Source of the DNA: an uncultured Candidatus Saccharibacteria bacterium
GTDB taxonomy: Bacteria > Patescibacteriota > Saccharimonadia > Saccharimonadales > JACDBH01
Assembly (NCBI GenBank): GCA_964490245.1
Contig: CAZBAF010000001.1
Coordinates: 25,149-89,148 of the forward strand
Length of the DNA stretch: 64,000 nt
Direction of reading: 5' to 3'
This document shows positions 27,513 through 37,219 of this stretch, piece by piece. Every line of letters begins with the position of its first letter. The first letter of the stretch is position 1. Position numbers and translations under genes: made by a program. The notes under the pieces were generated by a model. It did no database searches and was not told the origin of the DNA. It was given only the letters and a program-made list of their open reading frames with translations.

Positions 27513-28763
27513 ATGACTTTATCAGAAGAACTGGCCTGGCGCGGCTTTGTCAACCAGACGACATTTACTGATCTGACCCGCATAAACGGCAATCCGATTA
27601 GTTTTTACTGGGGCGTGGATCCTTCGGCTGATTCCATGCAAATTGGTAACCTGGCGGCAGCCATGATGGTCCGGCACTTTATCAATCATGGTCACAAGGC
27701 AATCCTGCTGGTTGGCGGTGCTACCGGCATGATTGGCGACCCTGACGGCAAAAAGCAGGAGCGGGATCTGTTAAGTCTCGAGCAGATCGCTGCCAACAAG
27801 GCGGCCATTGCACAACAGTACCGGACAGTCTTTGCCGGGCAGGACTTTGAGGTGGTGGATAACTATGACTGGTTTAAAGATATAAATTATCTGGAATTTT
27901 TGCGTGATGTCGGCAAGCACGTGCCGATGCGCCAGATGTTGGGACGTGATTTTGTGCAGACACGGCTGTCTGATGACGGCGCCGGTATCAGCTATGCTGA
28001 GTTCAGCTATTCACTGATTCAGGGCTATGATTTTTTGCATTTGTACCGGCATAAGGGCGTGACTCTGCAGCTGTCGGGCGCTGACCAGTGGGGCAACAGT
28101 ATTGCCGGCGTCGAACTGATACGCCGGATTGAAGGCGGCGAAGCTCACGTCTGGACAGCGCCGCTGATAGTCAATAAGGCAACCGGGATTAAGTTCGGCA
28201 AAACCGAGGGCGGCGCTATCTGGCTGGATGCAGGCAAAACCAGTGTCTACAAGTTTTATCAGTTCTGGCTGAACCTTGACGACGAGACAGCCAGCGAGCT
28301 GCTTAAGATCTACACCCTGCTTTCAAGGGAGCAAATTGAAGATATTTATAGCCGTTTTGAGGCCGACCGGGCGTCACGCCTGGCTCAGAAAACACTGGCT
28401 TATGAGGTGACCAGTCTGGTGCACGGCCGCGAGCGCGCCGAGTCGGTCAAGCGTATTAGCGAAGTACTATTCGGCGGCGGTGACTATGCGCAGCTGTCGG
28501 GCGAGGATTTTGTGCAGCTAAAGGCGGAATTGCCGGTAGTGCAGGCCCGCATAAACGATACTTCACTTGTCGAGGCGCTGGTTACAGGCGGCCTGGCAGG
28601 CAGTAACGGCGAGGCACGGCGGTTCTTGCAGTCCGGTGCGGTCTATATAAACGGCCGGCAGACGCCTGCTGACACCGCGATGTTCAGCGAGGCCGACAAT
28701 CTTGCCGGTCATGCTATCATAAGACGCGGCAAGAACACGTCTGCCGTGGTTGAATTTGTATAA
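27513..28763 (+). CDS. tyrS: tyrosine--tRNA ligase
   Basis: MTLSEELAWRGFVNQTT aligns with canonical TyrS N-termini. KFGKT (KMSKS-type) motif and a C-terminal S4 domain are present. Upstream ATGs at 27465 and 27414 overlap a TATAAT box, so 27513 is preferred. Confidence 0.9.
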   Translation: MTLSEELAWRGFVNQTTFTDLTRINGNPISFYWGVDPSADSMQIGNLAAAMMVRHFINHGHKAILLVGGATGMIGDPDGKKQERDLLSLEQIAANKAAIAQQYRTVFAGQDFEVVDNYDWFKDINYLEFLRDVGKHVPMRQMLGRDFVQTRLSDDGAGISYAEFSYSLIQGYDFLHLYRHKGVTLQLSGADQWGNSIAGVELIRRIEGGEAHVWTAPLIVNKATGIKFGKTEGGAIWLDAGKTSVYKFYQFWLNLDDETASELLKIYTLLSREQIEDIYSRFEADRASRLAQKTLAYEVTSLVHGRERAESVKRISEVLFGGGDYAQLSGEDFVQLKAELPVVQARINDTSLVEALVTGGLAGSNGEARRFLQSGAVYINGRQTPADTAMFSEADNLAGHAIIRRGKNTSAVVEFV

Positions 28764-28779
28764 TCTAAACGAGAATTTT

Positions 28780-29637
28780 ATGGCAACACCTAAAAACAGC
28801 AAAAAATCCAAGCCTAAAGCGCTGGCACGCGATACGCGGGCCAAGCGCTCGGTCCCGGCCGCATCCGGCACACCCAAAGCCGGCCAAAAAAAGGCCGACC
28901 AGTACGACGACCCAAGCCATAACTATCTGCGTTATTGGGACGGGCGCGATTATGAACATGCGGCTGAAGTCATAGCCATAGACAAGCTGTTGCGCGGCAA
29001 ACGCTTTAAGCACGCAGTCGATGTGGGCGGCGGGTATGGCCGCCTCAGCGCGGTTTTGACCAAGTACGCCGATAAGGTCACGCTGGCCGAACCCAGCCAG
29101 CAGCAGCTGGATATTGCCGAGGAGTACCTCAAAGATTTCCCGACCGTTGAGCGCAAGCTGCTTCAGGCTGATAATCTCAAGCTCAAGGACGGCAGCGTTG
29201 ATCTGGCGGTTGTAGTGCGGGTGATTCATCATCTGCCCGATCCGTCGGCCGAGTTTGTCGAGATTGCACGCGTACTGGAGCCGGGCGGCTACTTCCTGCT
29301 GGAGTTTGCCAACTACAGTAACTTCAAAAACCGTATCAAGCACACGCTTAAGGGCAAAAAACTGCCGCTGGAGCCGATTGATATCCGTTCTGAGGCAAAC
29401 AAGCGCGAAGACGTTATTCCGTTTGTAAACCACAATCCCCGCACGGTGCGCCGGCAGTTGGCGCATGCCGGCCTCAAGGTCGAGCGGGTGCTGTCTGTGT
29501 CCAACCTGCGCAACCCGCGGCTAAAAAAGGTCATTCCGCGCGGCGGTATGCTGGCAATAGAGAGCCTAATGCAGGGCGGTCTGGCCAAGACTTATTTTGG
29601 CCCGTCTACGGTTTTTCTTGCCCGCAAGCCTAAATAG
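28780..29637 (+). CDS. class I SAM-dependent methyltransferase
   Basis: VDVGGGYGRLSAVL (motif I) and LEPGGYFLLEF. ATG 28780 is preferred over TTG 28750, which overlaps tyrS. Confidence 0.75.
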   Translation: MATPKNSKKSKPKALARDTRAKRSVPAASGTPKAGQKKADQYDDPSHNYLRYWDGRDYEHAAEVIAIDKLLRGKRFKHAVDVGGGYGRLSAVLTKYADKVTLAEPSQQQLDIAEEYLKDFPTVERKLLQADNLKLKDGSVDLAVVVRVIHHLPDPSAEFVEIARVLEPGGYFLLEFANYSNFKNRIKHTLKGKKLPLEPIDIRSEANKREDVIPFVNHNPRTVRRQLAHAGLKVERVLSVSNLRNPRLKKVIPRGGMLAIESLMQGGLAKTYFGPSTVFLARKPK

Positions 29638-29846
29638 CACCCTTAGATAGGCAGGTTGGTAAATGCAGTCGGCGTTGTGGCTATAAATTGTACTGCGGCT
29701 GTTGCTATAGGTGTTGATTTCATACACTGTCGGTACAGCAGTGTTAAGTTGCGCGTTAAAAGCTGATATTTGTATTAGACCCTATCTTCTTATAATAACA
29801 TACTTGTGGTCATTATGTCAAGTACCGTATCTGTTATACTACTGCT

Positions 29847-31874
29847 ATGACAGAGGCGGATTTGACTGTGCTGAAAGGCATCGGACCGGCGACGGCCAGG
29901 GCTTTTGCTGCTATTGGTATTAATTCTGTAGCTGATCTGCTGCAGTACTATCCGCGGACATATCATGACTATTCAGTAATCACGCCAATCAAGTCGGCCA
30001 AACCGGGTATGGTTACGGTGCGTGCGGCAATCAAGCAGGCGACCGGGCGTTATGTTCGCCGCGGTCTGCATATTACCGAGGCAGTGGCTTCTGACGCGAC
30101 CGGCAGTGTCCGGCTGGTGTGGTTTAACCAGCCATACCGGGCCGATGCACTTAAAGGCGGCCACGAGTATTTTGTGACCGGCAAGCTCGAACTTAAATCC
30201 GGCCGTTTTGCCATACAAAACCCCGGGGTTGAGCTGGTCAGCGACATGCCGGTTCACACAGCGCGTATCGTGCCGGTGTACCGTGAACGTAAAGGCGTGA
30301 CCACGCAGACGATCCGCAAAGCTATGGCTGATGCTGTAGCACGTGCCGGCAGTCTGCCTGATGTGTTGCCCGAATGGGTCCGCCGCGGCAATAAACTTTT
30401 CACGATGGGCGAGGCCGTGCGCGAGCTGCACTTTCCGGCCAGCGCCCAAACGCTCGAACGGGCCAGGCGCTCATTAGGGTTTTTAGAGGTGTTTGAGCTG
30501 ATGCTGGCGTCCAAAATGCTCAAAGCCGAGATAGAGGCGGAGCTGGCGCCGGCCATACCTTTTAATGAAAAGCTGGCTAAACAGTTTGTGACTGCATTGC
30601 CATTTACGCCGACAGACGCCCAGCGCAAGGCCATGTGGCAGATACTGCAGGATATGGAGCAGCCCCGGCCTGCCAACCGGCTGCTGGAGGGCGATGTCGG
30701 CTCGGGCAAGACAGCGGTGGCGGCAATGGCAGCCGTGATGGCGGTGAATGCGGGCTATCAGGTAGCACTGTTGGCACCCACCGAGATTCTGGCCCGGCAA
30801 CATGCGGATAGTATCAGCGAGCTGCTTAAGCCGCTTGGCCTGGATAAGGGAGTGGGTCTTTTGGTGGGCAGCCTGAAACAGGCGCAAAAAAAGCGTGCCC
30901 AGGAAGCGCTGGCCAACGGCAAGATCCGCTTTGTCATTGGTACGCACGCGCTGCTGCAGGGGCTGACTATGCAAAATCTTGGGCTGGTTATTGTTGATGA
31001 ACAGCACCGTTTCGGGGTTGAACAGCGTAAGCAGCTGCTTAAATCAACCAAACTGATGCCGCATGTTTTATCCATGACAGCCACGCCAATCCCGCGCAGT
31101 CTGGCCCTGACGCTGTACGGCGAACTTGATATCAGTCTGCTGGATGCCATGCCGCCCGGCCGCCGCCCCATCACCACCCGGATTGTCTCGCCTAACAGCC
31201 GCCAGCCAATGGAGGACCATATCCGTGAGCAGGTGTCTGCCGGACATCAGGTGTATGTGGTTTGCCCGGTAATTACCGAGGACAACAAGCTGCAGGCTGT
31301 CAGTGCCGAGGCTACCTATAAACGGCTGCAAAGCACCTTTAAGGGGCTCAGTATCGGCCTGCTGCACGGCAAACTTAAGAATGAGGATAAAACTGCCGTC
31401 ATGGAACAGTTTGTGGCCGGCCGGCTTGATATCCTGGTTGCGACCACGGTGATAGAGGTGGGGGTCAACGTGCCCAATGCCACCATAATGGTCATAGAGG
31501 GTGCCGAACGGTTTGGTCTGGCGCAGATGCACCAGCTGCGCGGACGGGTGGGCCGCAGCACGGCGCAGGGTTTTTGCTACATTGTGCCCAGCGGCAGCGA
31601 GGCGCCCAGCCGGCGTCTGCGGGCGCTCGAGCAATCGACTGACGGTTTTAAGCTGGCCGAGCTTGATCTGGAGCTGCGCGGTCCAGGGGCTATTTACGGC
31701 ACGCTGCAGCACGGCGCGCTTGATCTGCGCTTTGCCAATCTGACTGATCATCGTCTGCTGGCTGCCGTCCGTCAGGCGGTAAGACACTTTATTGATAAGG
31801 GCGAACAGCTGTCTGATTATCCTGAGTTGGCCCGCCGGGTGCGTCTGGCGCAGGCCGTCATCACCCTAAACTAA
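29847..31874 (+). CDS. recG: ATP-dependent DNA helicase RecG
   Basis: 675 aa. OB wedge region, GDVGSGKTAVAAMA, VIVDEQHRFG, MTATPIPRSL and QLRGRVGR. Confidence 0.95.
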   Translation: MTEADLTVLKGIGPATARAFAAIGINSVADLLQYYPRTYHDYSVITPIKSAKPGMVTVRAAIKQATGRYVRRGLHITEAVASDATGSVRLVWFNQPYRADALKGGHEYFVTGKLELKSGRFAIQNPGVELVSDMPVHTARIVPVYRERKGVTTQTIRKAMADAVARAGSLPDVLPEWVRRGNKLFTMGEAVRELHFPASAQTLERARRSLGFLEVFELMLASKMLKAEIEAELAPAIPFNEKLAKQFVTALPFTPTDAQRKAMWQILQDMEQPRPANRLLEGDVGSGKTAVAAMAAVMAVNAGYQVALLAPTEILARQHADSISELLKPLGLDKGVGLLVGSLKQAQKKRAQEALANGKIRFVIGTHALLQGLTMQNLGLVIVDEQHRFGVEQRKQLLKSTKLMPHVLSMTATPIPRSLALTLYGELDISLLDAMPPGRRPITTRIVSPNSRQPMEDHIREQVSAGHQVYVVCPVITEDNKLQAVSAEATYKRLQSTFKGLSIGLLHGKLKNEDKTAVMEQFVAGRLDILVATTVIEVGVNVPNATIMVIEGAERFGLAQMHQLRGRVGRSTAQGFCYIVPSGSEAPSRRLRALEQSTDGFKLAELDLELRGPGAIYGTLQHGALDLRFANLTDHRLLAAVRQAVRHFIDKGEQLSDYPELARRVRLAQAVITLN

Positions 31875-31897
31875 TAACTTGGATTATAATAAGAGAG

Positions 31898-32710
31898 ATG
31901 TATTCAGGTTTTGCACTCACCAGATTCTCCGGCCGTGTTATGGGCGCCCACCAGCAGGTGGACCGCGTGGCGCGGCGTCATTTGAGCGAGCTGCTGCAGG
32001 CCGAGGACGCGGCTTTCCCATCCTTTAGCCAGATTGTCCGGTTTGAGGGCCGCAATGGCCCGGATGGTATTAAGGTAAAAAGCCCCGGCCGCAATGAACC
32101 CTGGCATTATCTCAATCCGCTGGATGTCGATAACAAGGTGTATCTGTCCATGATTCGCGATCATTACGACACGTTAGTGAAAAGTTTAAAAAAGCAGAAC
32201 GAGGCCCGGGCGGCGTTTGAAGCGGCCTGGCTGGCGCACGCCATTGTCGACGGTATGACGCCGGCACACCATTATCCGTACGAGACCATGATAGAGGAGC
32301 TGCGCGGGGGTTTGGGCCTGGAAAGCCGTGACACCAAGCTTAAGAAAATCGTTTTTAAGGGCGAGACGGTGTCGCAGACCATCGGTAACATGTACCGGGT
32401 CTATGGACCGCGTGGTCTGTACACGGCGCATCATATCTTTGAGTTTGGCGTTATGCTGCTGCTGCGGCCGCTGAGGCTATCCGATGCGCGGCCAACCCGG
32501 CGGGATGTGCAAACAGTGCTTACAATCGGGCCCGAGCAGTACTTTTTACTTAATGCGCGCGAGGTTGCATCGCTGGATCTGTACGATGAATATTTAAAGA
32601 ACGGCTGGACATCGCGGCTCAGCAACCGCATCCGTCATAAGCTGGCACCAACGGTGGTTAAGACAGTTACGCTCATCTGGTATGCGGCGGCACGCGAGGC
32701 GGCAAAATGA
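31898..32710 (+). CDS. hypothetical protein (His/Asp-rich, possibly zinc-dependent phospholipase C-like fold)
   Basis: 270-aa ORF containing AAWLAHAIVDGMTPAHHYPYE. The family assignment is uncertain. Confidence 0.55.
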   Translation: MYSGFALTRFSGRVMGAHQQVDRVARRHLSELLQAEDAAFPSFSQIVRFEGRNGPDGIKVKSPGRNEPWHYLNPLDVDNKVYLSMIRDHYDTLVKSLKKQNEARAAFEAAWLAHAIVDGMTPAHHYPYETMIEELRGGLGLESRDTKLKKIVFKGETVSQTIGNMYRVYGPRGLYTAHHIFEFGVMLLLRPLRLSDARPTRRDVQTVLTIGPEQYFLLNAREVASLDLYDEYLKNGWTSRLSNRIRHKLAPTVVKTVTLIWYAAAREAAK

Positions 32711-33240
32711 GGATCATCAGCGGCGACCTGGGCGGTCGGGTGTTCAATGACGTGCCCGGACACCGGACCCACCCTATGGCCGAGAAAATTCGCGGCGCTC
32801 TGTTTAACACACTAGGGGATATTACGGGCCTAAGCGTGCTCGACGCCTACGGCGGCACTGGCGCGCTGGCTTTTGAGGCATTAAGCCGCGGGGCGGCACA
32901 CGCGACTATTCTTGAAGCCGACAAAAACGCCGCCCGCACCATAAAAGAGAACATTCAGGCGCTGGGTCTGGGTGACCGTACGACCGCCAGCCGCATGTAT
33001 GCGCACGCCTGGAGCCGGCGTAATCCCGACGTGCAGTTTGATCTGGTGCTGCTTGATCCGCCGTATGATGCGGTCGAACCTAAGGATTTACTGCGGCTTG
33101 CCGCACACACCAGGCCGGGCGGCATGATTGTTCTGTCCTTGCCGCCGGACAGCGGGTTTCGGTATGCCGCCAGCCGGCAGGAGCTTTTACAGCACAAGAA
33201 CTATGGCGACGCCGAACTATTCTTCTACCGCCAAAGCTAA
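32707..33240 (+). CDS. rsmD: 16S rRNA (guanine966-N2)-methyltransferase RsmD
   Basis: RIISGDLGGR...HRTHPMAEKIRGALFNTLGD, LDAYGGTGALAFEALSRGA and VLLDPPY. Confidence 0.88.
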   Translation: MRIISGDLGGRVFNDVPGHRTHPMAEKIRGALFNTLGDITGLSVLDAYGGTGALAFEALSRGAAHATILEADKNAARTIKENIQALGLGDRTTASRMYAHAWSRRNPDVQFDLVLLDPPYDAVEPKDLLRLAAHTRPGGMIVLSLPPDSGFRYAASRQELLQHKNYGDAELFFYRQS

Positions 33241-33244
33241 CCCC

Positions 33245-33279
33245 TAGCCACTAATCACTAGTCACTAAACACTGATCAC
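33245..33279 (+). repeat. degenerate heptad array, TAANCAC family
   Basis: tagccac taatcac tagtcac taaacac tgatcac, between the convergent stops of rsmD and the 33279-33932 gene. Confidence 0.75.
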
Positions 33280-33932
33280 TACCCCTTGTCAACTTCCCTA
33301 TAACGCAGAGCAAAGGCCATCGTATAAAGCGTAGACAAAATCGTGCCCGCTACCTGTCCAAGCGGACCAAGCGAGGTTAGCAGGTTAAATAACACCACCA
33401 CACCCAGCACGCCGTAGATGGGCCATTTGTATTGTTTTGATTTCTTAAACGAGGTCTTTAGCGCTTCGAATATGCCGAGGTTTTTATCCAGCAGAAAGTA
33501 CGGTGCCAGCACAAAACCCCTCAGCAAAATAATACCGGGCAGGATAAACAGGGCCAGACCCGCAATCACGCTCAGCAGAATAGTCAACCACAGTGCCAGC
33601 AGACTCATGTAACGACGCGAGCCGCCGCTTATGGCCTGCTTGATCGTGACATGGCCCTTTTTGGCCGCCTGCAGTTGTGCGTAAGTCAAAAAAGGATAAA
33701 AAATCAGCGACATGACCGACCCTGCCACCATAAAAGGCGTAATGGCTGCCCGCGTTGCCTCTATCAGCTCACGCAGGCTGGGTTCCTCAGAGAGCTCAGG
33801 AGCCTGCCCGGTGACAGTACTCAGCAGCAGCGGCAGGACCAAAAACAACCCAAAAACCGGCAGATTATCACGCACCAGCTTGGCGCTGGGCAGAAGCAGG
33901 TCTATTGCCGGAACCGGTTTTTTGTTGGCCAT
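33279..33932 (-). CDS. multi-pass membrane protein, hypothetical
   Basis: 217 aa with about 5-6 hydrophobic helices. No motif recognised. Confidence 0.6.
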   Translation of the reverse strand: MANKKPVPAIDLLLPSAKLVRDNLPVFGLFLVLPLLLSTVTGQAPELSEEPSLRELIEATRAAITPFMVAGSVMSLIFYPFLTYAQLQAAKKGHVTIKQAISGGSRRYMSLLALWLTILLSVIAGLALFILPGIILLRGFVLAPYFLLDKNLGIFEALKTSFKKSKQYKWPIYGVLGVVVLFNLLTSLGPLGQVAGTILSTLYTMAFALRYREVDKG

Positions 33933-34061
33933 TGGCTGTCATCATACCGTTTTTGCCGGTTTAGCGCGAGCAGATCTATACAATAACAGATGAGAATGCT
34001 AGAATAAGCTGATTGCACGGATGTTGCTCAATGCAACATTTATCCTGTAGTCAATTAGTTT

Positions 34062-34145
34062 GCCGGGGTGGCGAAATGGTAGACGCACTAGCCTTAGGAG
34101 CTAGCGAGGCAACTCATGGAGGTTCAAGTCCTCTCCCCGGCACCA
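34062..34145 (+). tRNA. tRNA-Leu (anticodon UAG), type II with long variable arm, CCA encoded
   Basis: Hand-folded cloverleaf. Acceptor GCCGGGG/CCCCGGC, anticodon stem CTAGC/GCTAG with loop CTTAGGA, variable arm CGAGGCAACTCAT, T arm GGAGG-TTCAAGT-CCTCT, then A-CCA. Confidence 0.92.
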
Positions 34146-34253
34146 AACTAGAGAATTTATTTATGAAAGTTACCGACATTCTGAGCCGGAAAACTGCGTC
34201 AGAAGCAGTCATCGGCTACTGGTTCACAAGATACTCACTCTTCTACTGATTAT

Positions 34254-34832
34254 TTAACGTTTATCTCTTAGCAGGAACTGTTTTTGATTATTACCGGTCT
34301 GGAGGCTTTCAATGACTCCATGTGCCGTAAAGACAACCGCAAAAACAATAAATATAATCCCTAATACTTTCCAGTCTCTTGGCGGCAGGCGAAGAATACT
34401 TTCACGCATGGCTCTTTGCCTGAGGTATATATTTCCTGCAATAGGCAGAGTGGCAACAAGCGAAGCCAGTGGGATAGTATAAATTGCCGATGATTCGGCC
34501 GTAGAGCATGTCTGCTTAAAACAGGAGCTGAACGTGATAGCAAAACCTATCATTCCTCCGCATATAATCCCCGCCAGAATAGGCAGCAGTATGGCTATTT
34601 TTGGCAGCAATAAAGCATAAAACTTTTGAAGAGACTTAACAAAGGGCGTTGCCAAAAGGACAAAACCGATCATGGCTATCAGGAAGCCCAAACCAACAGT
34701 GTCCTCAATTGCGGCTGAAGTACGCTCGTCAATAAGACTGTACTCTTTTTGAAGAAGTGTCTGATATTCTCTGCACTGGCCGGTGGTCTGACAGATGTTT
34801 TCTGCCTCTCTCAGTGATATCACGTGCGACAT
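34254..34832 (-). CDS. membrane protein, hypothetical
   Basis: 192 aa with 4-5 TM helices. AT-richer than its neighbours. Confidence 0.55.
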   Translation of the reverse strand: MSHVISLREAENICQTTGQCREYQTLLQKEYSLIDERTSAAIEDTVGLGFLIAMIGFVLLATPFVKSLQKFYALLLPKIAILLPILAGIICGGMIGFAITFSSCFKQTCSTAESSAIYTIPLASLVATLPIAGNIYLRQRAMRESILRLPPRDWKVLGIIFIVFAVVFTAHGVIESLQTGNNQKQFLLRDKR

Positions 34833-35015
34833 ATTTTATGTAGTAACACTTCATCTTAATAGCGAAGCACCCCGTAGTTAGTAGGCATGAAATAGCGAAT
34901 AAAAAACCATAGCCACTCCCAAAGGGGTAAGTGTTCGATAAATCAGAGTATATGGTCGGGTTGGCGAATGTATAAACCCCTTGTGGTATAATTCGATGAA
35001 ACAGGGGAAGAGGTA

Positions 35016-35603
35016 ATGGCCAAAGACATACAGTTTATTGAGCACAGCAATGAGGGTGCCGGCAAACCGGGTAACCGTATTGTTGTCAATGAGCGCGAAG
35101 AGTTTTTTGCTGCGCTGGAGCGGGCTGAGGGCTTGGTAAAGGGCGAGAGCGCCCGCGCAAAAGTTCTGATTTATGTGGCGGCACTGGAGCGCAGCCTGCA
35201 AGAGGTTCTGCGCAATGTATTGGTGCCCAGCAACCAAAAAGAGGACACCCTGCTCACTAAGATTGCCAGCACCTTTGAGGCTCAAATTGACCTGGCTTTC
35301 CGTACCGGTGTGGTCAGCCATAATCTGTGGCGTGATCTGCATATCTTCCGCGAGCTGCGCGACGACTGCATGGGCCGGATAGAGAATTTCAGCTTTGAGC
35401 ACGCGGCGATTAAATCCAGTGTGGCTATGCTGGAGCGTAACGTCGGCAAACAGGCCTTCAGCGGCCTGCCGGTGCTGCGTATGGATGCCGAGGACAAGTT
35501 TGCTTTTTTGGCGCGTATTTTTCTGGTTACTCTGGACAGCCTGAAGGAGCGCGTGCCGCGTATCAGCGAGGCCCGTCAGGAAAAGCTTTACAAGGACAGC
35601 TAA
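35016..35603 (+). CDS. hypothetical protein, MtlR/MltR-like helical domain suspected
   Basis: GGAAGAGG Shine-Dalgarno before the ATG. FEAQIDLAFRTGVVSHNLWRDLHIFRELRDDCMGRIENFSF resembles the MltR-type motif. The antisense 265-aa ORF (34878-35675) is rejected. Confidence 0.55.
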   Translation: MAKDIQFIEHSNEGAGKPGNRIVVNEREEFFAALERAEGLVKGESARAKVLIYVAALERSLQEVLRNVLVPSNQKEDTLLTKIASTFEAQIDLAFRTGVVSHNLWRDLHIFRELRDDCMGRIENFSFEHAAIKSSVAMLERNVGKQAFSGLPVLRMDAEDKFAFLARIFLVTLDSLKERVPRISEARQEKLYKDS

Positions 35604-35778
35604 CAGGGGTAATACTTGACAAAGTGCACGTAAGTGTGCTACAATAAAAAGATAGGCCCTTTGCGTGCCAGGCATCTCTTATCCAAAACCAGCCCAAAAG
35701 CCGTTCTGTTCATAACACCAAATCAGCGCCCCGGCTTTTTATTTATAAAGACCGGTAACGTATAATAAAGACCAATAT

Positions 35779-37095
35779 ATGAGCCTACCAATCCAACCCT
35801 ACAAAGGCGCCCGTGATTTTTATCCGGAAGATAAACGGACGCTCGAGAAGATCTTTGCCAGCTGGCGCAGCGTGGCTAAAAGCTTTGGCTATGAAGAGTA
35901 CGACGCGCCGATTATAGAACCGGCCGAATTGTTTGAGGCAAAATCCGGCGATGAGCTGGTCAACGAGCAGTCCTATGTGTTTACAGACCGCGGTGATCGC
36001 CGGGTCATGCTCAGGCCGGAGATGACGCCGAGCGTCTCGCGGCTGGTGGCCGGCAGGCGTCAGGAGCTGCCGCTGCCGATCCGCTGGTTTAGTATTCCTA
36101 ATTGCTGGCGTTATGAGCGGCCGCAGAAGGGCCGTGGTCGCGAATTTTATCAGCTTAATATTGATCTGTTTGGCGCTGTAGGTTTGCCGGCCAATGTAGA
36201 AATGCTGCAGCTGGTCGATGCCTTGATGCGCGATTTTGCAGCCCGCCAGGACATGTATGAGATACGTGTTAATAACCGTGAGCTTATGAACCACATCTTA
36301 GGTAGCTACCTGGGGCTGGACGAAGTCGAGCAAAAAACCATTGCGCGCCTGATTGATCGCCGTGCCAAACTGCCGCCGGGCGAATTTAAGGCGCTGGTAG
36401 AGGCGTCCATTGCGCCGTCTTTGCGTGAACAGGGTGCCGCCGACAAGCTGTTCGCTCTGCTTGAGGCTGCCAGCCTCAGCGATCTGCCGGCCGAGCTGCA
36501 AGAGCACGAGGCGGCCAAAGAAATTGCCGAGCTGCTGCGCACCTGCCAGGACTTAAGCATAACGAACGTGATCTTTGACATTACCCTGATGCGCGGGCTG
36601 GATTACTACACCGGCTTTGTGTTTGAGGTGTTTGATACCCACCCCGACAACAACAACCGCAGTCTGTTCGGGGGCGGGCGGTACGACGGACTGGTCGGCC
36701 TGTTTGGCGTTGAGCCTATTCCGACGGTTGGCTTTGCAATCAGTGATGTGGTGCTGATGGAGTTTTTGAAGGTTCATGATCTGATGCCGCAGGCAGGTGT
36801 TGAGACCGAAATCTGTGTTATTCCGATTGGCGAGGTCTATGGTCAGGCGCTTAAAGTGTCCGGCGAGCTGCGCGAAATGGGCGTAAATGTCAGTCTGGAT
36901 ATTACGGCCCGCAAAACCGACAAAATGCTGAAAAGCGCCATCAAAGCGGGTGTGCCATACGTGCTGTTTGTGGGACAGCAGGAGGTTGAGACCGAGCTGT
37001 ACAAGCTTAAAAACCTCGCCACCGGCAACGAAGAACCGCACTCCCTGCAGCGCATCGTAAGCATCATTAAAGACCACCGGGGAAGCAGCCTGTAG
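35779..37095 (+). CDS. hisS: histidine--tRNA ligase
   Basis: 438 aa. GARDFYPED, MLRPEMTPSVSR, RYERPQKGRGREFYQLNIDLFG and GGGRYDGLV. Confidence 0.95.
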   Translation: MSLPIQPYKGARDFYPEDKRTLEKIFASWRSVAKSFGYEEYDAPIIEPAELFEAKSGDELVNEQSYVFTDRGDRRVMLRPEMTPSVSRLVAGRRQELPLPIRWFSIPNCWRYERPQKGRGREFYQLNIDLFGAVGLPANVEMLQLVDALMRDFAARQDMYEIRVNNRELMNHILGSYLGLDEVEQKTIARLIDRRAKLPPGEFKALVEASIAPSLREQGAADKLFALLEAASLSDLPAELQEHEAAKEIAELLRTCQDLSITNVIFDITLMRGLDYYTGFVFEVFDTHPDNNNRSLFGGGRYDGLVGLFGVEPIPTVGFAISDVVLMEFLKVHDLMPQAGVETEICVIPIGEVYGQALKVSGELREMGVNVSLDITARKTDKMLKSAIKAGVPYVLFVGQQEVETELYKLKNLATGNEEPHSLQRIVSIIKDHRGSSL

Positions 37096-37163
37096 CGGCA
37101 ACAATTTTAAAATAGGCTGGCTGTCTGTCAATCAAATAACCTCAGTTTGCTACTGTATTCAAT

Positions 37164-37191
37164 GAAATTTAGAAATTGTAAATTGAAAATC
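37164..37191 (+). repeat. degenerate heptad array, GAAAATT family
   Basis: gaaattt agaaatt gtaaatt gaaaatc. Its last unit supplies TTGAAA (37183-88), which with N17 and TACAGT (37206-11) sits 8 nt before the tig ATG. Confidence 0.7.
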
Positions 37192-37219
37192 ACCACTGTA
37201 TCTGTTACAGTGGCTTTCT

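Noticed and set aside
34878-35675. 265-aa minus-strand ORF, longer than the plus-strand ORF it overlaps (35016-35603).
   Set aside because: The plus-strand ORF has a GGAAGAGG Shine-Dalgarno and a natural-looking helical sequence with an MtlR-like motif. The minus-strand translation is Leu/Gln/His-rich with no start context.
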